Source: an uncultured Chloroflexia bacterium
GTDB taxonomy: Bacteria; Chloroflexota; Anaerolineae; CG2-30-64-16
Assembly (NCBI GenBank): GCA_963774265.1
Contig: CAVZDU010000002.1
Location: 480,001 to 544,000, forward strand
Direction of reading: 5' to 3'
Length of the DNA stretch: 64,000 bases
Below, in pieces: positions 40,731 to 49,237 of the stretch. Each line of letters opens with the position of its first letter. Positions within the stretch are counted from its first letter, which is position 1. The position numbers and the translations under genes are program-made. The notes beneath the pieces are model-generated. The model saw only the letters and a program-made list of their open reading frames with translations, did not search any database and had not been told where the DNA came from.

Positions 40731-41703
40731 ATGATTGCCGAAGCTCAAATCAGAGATGCCAGGGGAGAATGGCAGCCCCCTTCATTGCCAGTTCCTGGCC
40801 CCCTCTTCTATGGCCCCTGGAAACCTTTGGTCATCCTTAAGCATTTGTGGAATGTGGTCTGGCCCTACAACCTGATCTACGCTGCCGTGGCTTTCGTAAG
40901 TTGGCTGTACCTTACGCCGAGTCTCGAAACCACAGCCCGGTTCGAATTTGGCTGGATCGTCCTGCTGTACTTGCGGAACGTTGCGCTCCTAACGCTCATC
41001 GCAGGCGGACTCCATGTCTGGCTGTATGTCAAGCGGGCGCAGGGCATTCGTTTCAAGTACTCCGACAAGTGGCTGGCGGCCAACGATCGCAAGTTCACGT
41101 TTGGCAACCAGACCCGCGATAATATCTTCTGGAGCCTGGTGAGCGGGTGCATTATCTGGACGGCCTACGAAGCCTTGACACTTTGGGCCTTCTCCAACCA
41201 CATCATTCCCTACCTGGACATGCGCCAACATCCGATCTATGCGGTCTTTCTGACACTCGCTGTCATCTACTTCCGCTACTTTCATTTCTACTTCATCCAC
41301 CGCTTGATTCACTGGAAGCCGCTGTACAAGACTCTGCCACTACCTGCATCACAGGAACATCAACGTGGGGCCGTGGTCCGGGCTCTCGATGCACCCCATC
41401 GAGCACATCTTTTATTTCTCGTGTGTCTTCTTCAACTGGATCGTTCCATCCAGCCCCTTCCATGCAATTTTCAACCTGATGCATGCGGGCGTCAGTCCCG
41501 CGATCGGGCACGTGGGCTTCCACGAGTTGGTGGTCAACGGCGACAAAGCGGTTCCTTCAGACAACTACTTCCACAATCTGCACCACCGGTTCTTTACCGT
41601 CAACTTCGGTGTGGAGGTCTTCCCGCTGGACTGGTGGTTCAAGACCCAGCACGATGGGTCACCGGAGAGCCTGGCGAGGATCAGAGGCAAGAAAATCGCA
41701 TAG
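40731..41703 (+). CDS. Sterol desaturase / fatty-acid hydroxylase family membrane protein, frameshifted near 41335
   Basis: His boxes HFYFIHRLIH, (H)YLHHRN, MHPIEH, GHVGFH, FHNLHH spread across two frames. Confidence 0.85.
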
Positions 41704-41748
41704 GTAATGGACTGATCTTCACCGGAAGCTAACCCAGTCGATTCTGAG

Positions 41749-42085
41749 TTAGAAAACCAGCCCGCCCCGGATGAAGTCGGTGAACCTCGGTATCGGGAAG
41801 CGGCCCACCAGGTGCGCCTGGGGCAAGGCATGGCTCGTTGCGAGCCGGCGTAGCTTCTGCAGGTCGATCGCCAAGGGGTGAATTTTGACCTCCAAGGCCG
41901 CAGTTGTGGGCACAGTCAGGCCCCCGAGGACAAAGTCAATCTCGTACTCGCTGCCCCGCGCCAGGTAGGAGAGCTCACCGTACGCGCGGAGCTGGTTGAA
42001 GACTGCGTACTCGAAGAGTGCGCCTTCGCCCAACCTGGCCAGCACGCCGGCGATGCCGTTATCATAGAAGTAGAGCTTGCGCCCC
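41749..42085 (-). pseudogene. C-terminal remnant of an AAA_14/DUF4143 ATP-binding protein
   Basis: RKLYFYDNG, GALFEYAVF, EIDFV, LEVK; no N-terminal ATPase domain upstream. Confidence 0.7.
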
Positions 42086-42233
42086 GGCGCCGCTACGCGA
42101 TCAGCTCTGTCGCTGCAGGCCGGCACCCGCCGGATAAGGCGTGGTCCTGCCAACCAGAGTCATTCGCACCTCTGCGCTATCAGCCAGTAGGAGCTGCTGG
42201 CACTCGGTTAGGACCTGACCAACAGTCACACAA

Positions 42234-42261
42234 TTGACAGCACGGTGAATTAGCGTATAAT
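42234..42261 (+). promoter_or_regulatory. Consensus sigma70 promoter of the TA operon
   Basis: TTGACA-16 nt-TATAAT about 50 nt upstream of the antitoxin start. Confidence 0.7.
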
Positions 42262-42309
42262 CGTATTATCAATCGTATGCTGAATTGCTTTTTTCGATGG
42301 CCGAGGTGA

Positions 42310-42582
42310 ATGATGACCGTTGTAACAGCCAATGATCTCAAGACAAAGGGGATCTCCGACATCGAGCGCGCCCTCCAGGATGCCCAGGAGGTCGTGATCA
42401 GTGTCCGGGGCAAGCCGCGCTATGTGGTGATGGACATCACCCACTACGACTATCTGCGCGAGTGCGAGATCGCGGCCGCCTGGGCGCAGACCCGTGAGGA
42501 TATGGCGGCTGGCCGCTATCGGCGAGAGGGCGCCGACGCACACATGGCGCGCGTCAAGGACGAGCTCGCCAATGAGCTATAG
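42310..42582 (+). CDS. Type II antitoxin, Phd/YefM family
   Basis: VVTANDLKTKG...EVVISVRGKPRYVVM; overlaps the toxin start. Confidence 0.85.
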   Translation: MMTVVTANDLKTKGISDIERALQDAQEVVISVRGKPRYVVMDITHYDYLRECEIAAAWAQTREDMAAGRYRREGADAHMARVKDELANEL

Positions 42583-42848
42583 CCTGATCTTCACCGAGAG
42601 CTACCAGAAGCTCGAGAAGCGCTTTCTCAAACGCCACCCGGATTTGCTCGATCGATACCACAAGACGTTGGCCATCCTGGAGCAGGACCCGTTCCACCCT
42701 TCCCTACGGTTGCACGCGCTCGGAAGGGCGTCTTGCCGGACTTCACGCCGTCTCCATCAACCTGCAATATCGCATCACTCTAGAGCTGGAACTGCGCGAG
42801 CAGGAGATCATCCTGGTCAGCGTGGGCAGTCATGGCGAGGTGTATTAG
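42572..42848 (+). CDS. Type II toxin, RelE/YafQ-like, frameshifted near 42722
   Basis: MSYSLIFTESY...DPFHPSLRLHAL then, in a shifted frame, EGRLAGLHAVSINLQYRITL...VGSHGEVY*. Confidence 0.8.
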
Positions 42849-42878
42849 TTCAAAACCATCTTCCTGAAAGGCAGAATC

Positions 42879-42959
42879 GGTAAGGGCATAGGCGAGAAAG
42901 TAACCGCTGTCCTCACGGCCACAACCAGCCGCCGTCCGAATGGCCAGGCCAAAAGCGCT
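42879..42959 (+). repeat. ~81-bp direct repeat, copy 1
   Basis: ggtaagggcataggcgagaaagtaaccgctgtcctcacggccacaacc...ggccaggccaaaagcgct; near-identical to 44900-44981. Confidence 0.9.
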
Positions 42960-43065
42960 AACCATGAGGACAGCGGTTGCCGGCAGCGCCTCGCTGCAGA
43001 TTGACCATCCGAGTACGCATATGCTGCGACATGCAGGATAATGAGTAGTTAGCAACCAAACCCAG

Positions 43066-43096
43066 CGGCGCGCAGCTTATGCGCCGGACGTTAGCC
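43066..43096 (+). mobile_element. Right arm of an attC-like integron recombination site
   Basis: gcagcttatgcgccggacGTTAGCC ends in a GTTRRRY-like core about 40 nt before the GNAT start. Confidence 0.5.
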
Positions 43097-43137
43097 GGCC
43101 ATTCGCAATATAGGCAAAGAGCGGTAGAAGTCAAAAC

Positions 43138-43581
43138 GTGTATTCGATTCGACAGGCCCAAGAAAGTGATCTTGAATCGATTTGCGATCTTGATGCAGTA
43201 GCACAACAGGATCGTCATCGCCGCGACTTTATCGCACGTGCTATGACTAACGGTAACTGCTACTTGGCGATTGACACTCAGGTGCTTGGCTATGGTGTTC
43301 TCGAATACACCTTCTTCGAGAATGGCTTCGTGTCAATGTTGTATGTGCACCCGAACTACCGAAAGCGCAGCGTCGGCATCCGATTGATGCAGCATCTCGA
43401 AGCAATGTGTCGAACGTCGAAACTATTCACGTCCACCAATCTCTCGAACCTTCCCATGCAATCGCTGCTGGCGAAGTTGGGCTACAGGCTAAGTGGCGTC
43501 ATTCATAATCTGGATGAAGGTGATCCTGAATTGGTGTACGTCAAATACCTGACGCACGACTGGAAGAATGATGAATCGTGA
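43138..43581 (+). CDS. GNAT family N-acetyltransferase
   Basis: IRQAQESDL, LYVHPNYRKRSVGIRLM, SNLPMQSLLAKLGY; lower GC than its flanks. Confidence 0.85.
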   Translation: MYSIRQAQESDLESICDLDAVAQQDRHRRDFIARAMTNGNCYLAIDTQVLGYGVLEYTFFENGFVSMLYVHPNYRKRSVGIRLMQHLEAMCRTSKLFTSTNLSNLPMQSLLAKLGYRLSGVIHNLDEGDPELVYVKYLTHDWKNDES

Positions 43582-44125
43582 GTCCAAGTACTTCACACTG
43601 AGCATGGAGTCACTCAGGGTCATCGGAGGCTGGGCTGCGGATTGCGCCGAGAGGGCCCTGTCGGTGTATGAGAGGCAGGCTGCTTCAGATTCGCGCCCCC
43701 GTGCGGCGATTGAAGGCATCCGGGGGTTTGCCGATGGGGGAAAGCGCACGGCTCGGTTGCGCTCCCTTGCCTGCGAGGCGAACGCCGCTGCACGTGAGGT
43801 CGGCGATTCCGCTGCAGCTGCCGCGGCTCGCGCCGCTGGCCTTGCGGTAGCCAGCGCCTACACGCACCCCTTGGCGGATGTCCATCAGACCAAGCACGTT
43901 GTCGGTCCGGCGGCCTATGCCGCACTGGCACTTGAGCTCGACCATGGTGGCGATCCAAGTATCGGTGACGGTGAGGTCCGCTGGGCGATTCAGCACGCCC
44001 CCTCCGAAGTACGCGAGGTCTTGCTGCAGATGCCCGCTCGTCAACCGGGCAAGAGTCGGCTGGACACGATCCTCTATGAGCTGGATGCAGGCATCCGCGC
44101 TCGGGCCCTGCCGCGAGACGCCTAA
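43568..44125 (+). CDS. Putative immunity protein, Imm5-like
   Basis: WAADCAERAL.VYE....DSRPRAAIE, Ala-rich AAARAAG, HVVGPAAYAA. Confidence 0.65.
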   Translation: MMNRESKYFTLSMESLRVIGGWAADCAERALSVYERQAASDSRPRAAIEGIRGFADGGKRTARLRSLACEANAAAREVGDSAAAAAARAAGLAVASAYTHPLADVHQTKHVVGPAAYAALALELDHGGDPSIGDGEVRWAIQHAPSEVREVLLQMPARQPGKSRLDTILYELDAGIRARALPRDA

Positions 44126-44143
44126 CAAGCGCTTCAACCTGAC
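44120..44143 (+). mobile_element. Left arm of an attC-like site
   Basis: GCCTAACaagcgcttcaacctgac: RYYYAAC inverse core containing the gene's TAA stop, as in integron cassettes. Confidence 0.55.
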
Positions 44144-44354
44144 AAACCGGCCGTGTGAGGTATTCTCGGCTTGGGCAGACGGCAACAAATGGACAATCGC
44201 TAAGATCTTTTGGCTGGCATTCAATCTCGCGCTTTCGGAACGTATGCATCGCGAGCGCAGACGCGCGCAACGACGGGCTGATAGATAAGTGGACAACTCT
44301 GCGCTGCGCTACGAGTTGCCACTTACCACAGCTACTACGACGACGGGTGGTTCT

Positions 44355-44895
44355 AGGGCAATCGCATCTTAATGGCCTGGGAAGAGCACTTTGAGCAGGT
44401 ACGGCTCATCCAGCGGCTTTGAGGCGCTTGGCTTGATGCCGGCTTGACACTCTTTTCCTGTTTGAGCAGGTTGAGGCAATGTGCCGGAGAACAGCGAAGT
44501 TGGCCGGGGTTGTCCTTGCGCACCGCTGGTGATCTTCATCGAAGCGATGTCGAGCACCAGTGCAACCGTTTTCGATGCCGATGGCTGCGCACCGCTTTGA
44601 GCATGCGCCGGGCATCGCGTCAGACTGGAGATGAAGTAACGGGTCTCGATCGTCGTCTCGCCGGCATTCGGCGCTCGGCGACGACCTTGACGATCGTGTG
44701 GAGGTTGCGCCACCAGCCGGTTGCGCAAGTAGCTCACCAGACTGCCATCCGAGATGGTCCAACACTGACGGATTTCGAGGCGGCCATGCGCTTGTCCGTC
44801 GTCTTGTGGTAATCGTGCGGGACGTCTGGAAGTTCACTTCTTGAGCTCCGCAAACAGTGTGTGGATGTCTTCGTAGAGATGGCCTGGTTCTTTAG
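44355..44895 (-). mobile_element. ISAs1-family transposase 3' remnant, multiply frameshifted, with terminal sequence
   Basis: ETRYFISSL, IENG, FDED, NFAVLRHIA, KRLKAAG, YLLKVL across frames; ends gatgcgattgcccta on the minus strand, resembling the ISAs1 IR. Confidence 0.75.
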
Positions 44896-44899
44896 CATG

Positions 44900-44981
44900 G
44901 GTAAGGGCGTAGGCGAGAAAGTAACCGCCGTCCTCACGGCCACAACCAACCGACGGTCCGCATGGCCAGGCCAAAAACGCT
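44900..44981 (+). repeat. ~81-bp direct repeat, copy 2
   Basis: ggtaagggcgtaggcgagaaagtaaccgccgtcctcacggccacaacc...ggccaggccaaaaacgct. Confidence 0.9.
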
Positions 44982-45018
44982 TGACGACACGGACGGTGGT
45001 TGATTAGTCCGGTGCATA

Positions 45019-45066
45019 GTTCACATCCGTGAGAGGGTCGTGGGTTCGAGTCCCTCCCCGCCCACC
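45019..45066 (+). other. Degenerate 3' half of a tRNA (probably Val-CAC); possible att site
   Basis: TTCACAT anticodon-loop-like, GGTC, GGTTCGAGTCC T-loop, CCGCCCACC 3' end; no 5' acceptor strand or D-arm visible. Confidence 0.6.
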
Positions 45067-45254
45067 TCGATCCGAAGGGCGGTTACGGCCAGCACGGACC
45101 GCCGTAAAGCCTATCGTCATGATCTTCGAACTTCGAAACACTGACTTGACTGCGGAACAGGTGTGCCCTAGACTTCCTATCAGCAGCGAGCACATGAAAT
45201 CAGGAAGTCCGATCACTAGTTGCCGGTGCTGGAAGCCTCTTCGGAGATAGACGA

Positions 45255-45961
45255 ATGCCGCCGAATCACATCTTGCTGGTGGACGATGACCCCTTGCTCC
45301 GCCGCAGCGTGGCTTTTAGCCTGGAACGTGCTGGCTACCGTGTGATTACTGCAGCCAATGCAGAGGAAGCGCTCGCTATCGCCGACCGCAATCCGCCAGA
45401 CCTGGTGCTTCTCGATATTGGGCTGCCCGGCATCGACGGCCTCGGACAGCGCTCCGACACTTCCGGGAGCTGGCCGTACGCCCCGCCTATTATCTTCCTC
45501 ACCACGTGCCGGCGCGAGCTGGAGCAGGTTCTGGGCCTCGAACTGGTCGCGACGATTACATCACCAAGCCATTCGATAAAGACGTGCTCTGGCGCACATC
45601 AAGGCAGTCCTTCGGCGTGTCCGGCAGCCATCGGCGCCGCCTCCCGAACCGCAAGCCTCTACATAGGCGACTGATCATTGAACCGCGCACGCACCAGGTT
45701 ACGGTTGGTGATCGAGTTGTGGAACTGACACGGCGCGAATTTGACCTCCTCTATGCGCTGGCCGAAGAGCCGGGGCGCATCCTGTCGGCCGACGACCTGC
45801 TGGCGCTGCGTGTGGGTGCGCCGAATTCCTGGGCGAGCGCCCAGGTGGTCTACGTGCACGTGCGCTGGCTGCGCGAGAAACTGGAGGAGGAACCTAGCCG
45901 GCCGCGGCGGATCATCACCGTGCGGGGGCTAGGCTACAAGCTGGAACGTCCGGAGGCCTGA
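45255..45961 (+). CDS. OmpR-family response regulator, frameshifted
   Basis: ILLVDDD, DLVLLDIGLPGIDG, DDYITKPF, LTRREFDLL, VYVHVRWLREKLE, TVRGLGYK in alternating frames. Confidence 0.85.
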
Positions 45962-47413
45962 TGTTCAGCACGCTGCGCCATCGCTTCATCTTCAGCCACC
46001 TGGTTCCTTTGCTCATTATCGTGCCGCTGATCGGAATTGCGCTGATCTATCTCCTGGAAGCTCAGGTGGTGCTACCCAGCCTTTCGAATGAGCTGGCGGG
46101 CCAGGCTGGTCTGGTGGCAGAGATGGCGCGTGATCAGCCGGACGTATGGAGCAACGCGATCACAGGCGCAGGCTTTCGTCAGCAGCGTGTCAGCCCCCGA
46201 CTTACTGCGCGACTGATGCTGCTGGACAGTGGCGGACGGCTGTTAGCTTCCAGCGATTCCAACGATGCCGGCCGGCTGGGGTTGCCCCTCGACCATCCCG
46301 GTCTCAGACAAGCGTTATCCGGTCAAGTCTTCGCTCAAGAGGCGCGCAGCCAAGGGTTGCGTGCCGAAGTAGCCGACGTCCTGACGCCCGCCCTGGGCGC
46401 CAATCGACAAGTCACCGGCGTTGTACGGCTGAGCTATCCGCTGACCAGTGTATACGAGCGTTTTCAGCTCCTGCGCTACCTGATTGCAGGCGTCCTGGTC
46501 GTCGGGCTGATCCTGGGGGCGATTGCCGGCACGGCGCTGGCATTGGACCTGGGCCGGCCAATCCAGGATACCCAGCGCGCTGCGGAGCAATTGGCCTTTG
46601 GGCAATCGCCCGCCCCGTTAGCAGAGCAGGGACCGGAGGAAATCCGCTCGCTGGCCCGCTCTTTCAATGTCCTGGCGGCGCGGCTGCATATGCTCGAAGA
46701 GTCCCGCCGCCAGCTGCTAGCCAACCTGGTGCACGAGTTGGGGCGGCCCTTAGGCGCATTACTGGCAGCAGTACAGGCGCTTGAAGGGGGCGCAGACCAG
46801 GAAGCAAGATTGCGTCAAGAGGCTCTCATGCGGGTATGGAGGCGCAAATCCGCCGCTTGCAGCGCCTGCTGGACGACCTGGCACAACTCCACGATCGGGT
46901 ACTGGGCAAGTCTTGAGCTGGACCGACAGCCCATCGCGCGCTGGCTGAGTGGCTCCCCGCGACCCTGTACTCCCTGGCATGAGGCGGCCATCCAAAAGGA
47001 GTTGGAATGGCGGAGCAGCATTTCCGCTACCCTGCCGGCCATCTCGGCAGACCCCGACCGGTTGGCGCAGGCCGTAGGCAACCTGGTCAGTAACGCCATC
47101 AAGTATACGCCGCCGCAGGGCAGCGTTATGGTGAGCGCCGGTTCCCAGGCAGGCGAGGTCTGGCTCCGCGGGTCAGCGACACCGGTCCGGGAATCGCAGC
47201 CGAGGAACAGGCACGCATCTTCGCACCGTTCTATCGCGGTCAGTCGTCCGGCCGCTTCCCACAAGGGATGGGGCTGGGTCTCAGCATCGCGCGCGCGACC
47301 TGGTCACGGCGCACGGTGGGCGGCTCACCGTCGAAAGCGCGCCCGGCGCAGGCAGCCATTTCACGATCTGGCTTCCCGTTCAAGCACCCTCTAACCACGC
47401 AGAATCCCGATAG
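45961..47413 (+). CDS. HAMP sensor histidine kinase, frameshifted
   Basis: Two TM segments, HAMP EIRSLARSFN, H-box HELGRPL, N-box NLVSNAIKY, GMGLGL and FTIWLP in a shifted frame. Confidence 0.85.
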
Positions 47414-47639
47414 CCTCTCCTCACTCCGCTTAAGCTCGACTTAACCTCCGATAAGCTCGGCGTAAGGACAAAAGCGTCCTTTGTATGCTACGCTTGGGCC
47501 AACTTGACGTTGTGCGGCGGCGCCCTTCCCTGAGCGACCAGCAACCGTAGCGACAGGACGTGCAGCACGAACAGAACACGTGCGCCGATCCGAAGCGGAT
47601 TCAGGGTGGGAATCTCTCGCCGCCAACAGAGGAGATGCT

Positions 47640-48116
47640 ATGTCACAGGAACAAATGAAGGAAGCCTTTCGAACGGTGATCGAAGCCGCATACGGCGCCG
47701 GCAAAGTGGATGCTCTCGATGATCTCTTCGCTGCCCGATTTCGTGGAACACCAGTCGGACATCACGCCCCCAACGTTGGAGGGTGTCAAACGATCTATCG
47801 CCAACCTGCGGAATGCCTTCCCTGATATGAGCGACACCATCGAGGAGATGCACACCGATGGGGACCGGCTATGGGCGCGCCTGCAGTGTCCGCGGCACGC
47901 AGCGGGGGCCCTTCGCCGGGTTCCCCCCCACCGGCAAGCCGATCGCTATCACAGGTTCTGGATGAGTGCCGCTTCAAGGATGGCAAGATCGTCGAGCACT
48001 GGGGCGTCGCTGATCGGCTCGCGGCGCTGGCGCAGATTGGCGCTTTGCCGGCGGCCGCCACAGGGCTAGACCCTGGCAAACAGAGCCAGCGATTGCGGCC
48101 CGGCGACCTGCCCTGA
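47640..48116 (+). CDS. SnoaL-like ester cyclase family protein, frameshifted
   Basis: DFVEHQ, RNAFPDM, RFKDGKIVEHWGVADRL. Confidence 0.7.
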
Positions 48117-48166
48117 GCCGGCCGACCGGGTCACATCGCTGACCGTGACGCGATGAGGGATGCGGA

Positions 48167-48376
48167 ATGCTGCCCGTACACGGGGTGCCCTTGCTGATCG
48201 CTCTCCTGGTTGGCCTGCTGCTTGGCCTCATCGTAGCAAGCCTGCTGGGGAAAAGTGCTGGCGCGAATTCTGAGACCCCGGCGAGGGCGCAGGTCGACAT
48301 GTTGTCGGGGATGCTCGTGCTGGGTGCATTCGCCATGGGTGTCTTCGTGACTTACGTCCTGGCGGGGCCCCGGTGA
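48167..48376 (+). CDS. Small membrane protein (2 TM)
   Basis: Two hydrophobic helices in 69 aa; RBS-like gaggga upstream. Confidence 0.45.
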   Translation: MLPVHGVPLLIALLVGLLLGLIVASLLGKSAGANSETPARAQVDMLSGMLVLGAFAMGVFVTYVLAGPR

Positions 48377-48589
48377 ATGCAGGGAAACCGGGGGACTCTC
48401 ATGCCGCAGGACGCGGGAGCCCGACCTGCAAACCCTGAGATGAAGAAGATATGCGCTAGGGATGCCCAGGCGTCCAGTCCCTGAAGCGACGACAACCCAT
48501 ATTAAGGTTCAACGTGTGATGAAGCAGCATTTAGGCAGTTTGCGAGAGCAAAAAGCACTCCGTAGCAGGATTTGGAAAGGACACAATCT

Positions 48590-49159
48590 GTGAATGTCAA
48601 GAATCAAAGCCGTGTTGCCGGCGTCGTGGGTATGGTATCTGCAGGACTTTGGCTGGTCGCGCTCATTGTTGAGTATCGCTTCGGTTTGCAGCCACCTGGC
48701 GATGGCAGTATGTTGTACTTTGCCAATCAGATCATGTTTCTTTATCGCCCTGCGGGTTATTTGATGATGCTCTTGGGACTGTGGAGGTCGAAAGCGGCAG
48801 GCGATGGCATGTTTGGGAAAGTCTCCCTGGGCATGTTTATTGCGGGGCTGGCTTCGCTACTCATCGCTCAGATTGCGCAATGGTTGACGAAAAACCCCGA
48901 TTTCTTCCTCTACCCTGTTGGAGGGCTACTGCAGCTTCTCGGTGGACTTCTGACAGGGATTGCTGTGATCACTGCCAAACGCTGGAATGGCTGGCAGAGA
49001 TTCGCTCCACTGTTGCAGGGATTGTACTACCTGATCGCGCTCTTTGTTCCCATCGCAATTTCGAATCAATCTCCAACTCAGCTCGGAGAGTCGATCTGGC
49101 AAGTAACATGGTTCATCACAAGCCTGGCGCTTTTTACGAAATCAAGCAACCAGTATTAG
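48590..49159 (+). CDS. Hypothetical integral membrane protein
   Basis: About 6 hydrophobic segments, lower GC; GTG 48590 after gaaagga (track start 48572). Confidence 0.6.
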   Translation: MNVKNQSRVAGVVGMVSAGLWLVALIVEYRFGLQPPGDGSMLYFANQIMFLYRPAGYLMMLLGLWRSKAAGDGMFGKVSLGMFIAGLASLLIAQIAQWLTKNPDFFLYPVGGLLQLLGGLLTGIAVITAKRWNGWQRFAPLLQGLYYLIALFVPIAISNQSPTQLGESIWQVTWFITSLALFTKSSNQY

Positions 49160-49237
49160 CCCGCCTAAAGCTATCAGATGCTCAAGGAAGTAGCTAGATG
49201 TTACAGGTTGCACATAGTGTTGTGATAGACAAGCCAA

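Noticed and set aside
42955-43096. A complete attC from gctaac (~42957) to gttagcc (43096)
   Set aside because: The outer 6 bp pair but the inner L boxes do not, so only the right arm is kept
44990-45070. Functional tRNA gene
   Set aside because: No 5' acceptor strand or D-arm, a mismatch in the T-stem and no complete CCA
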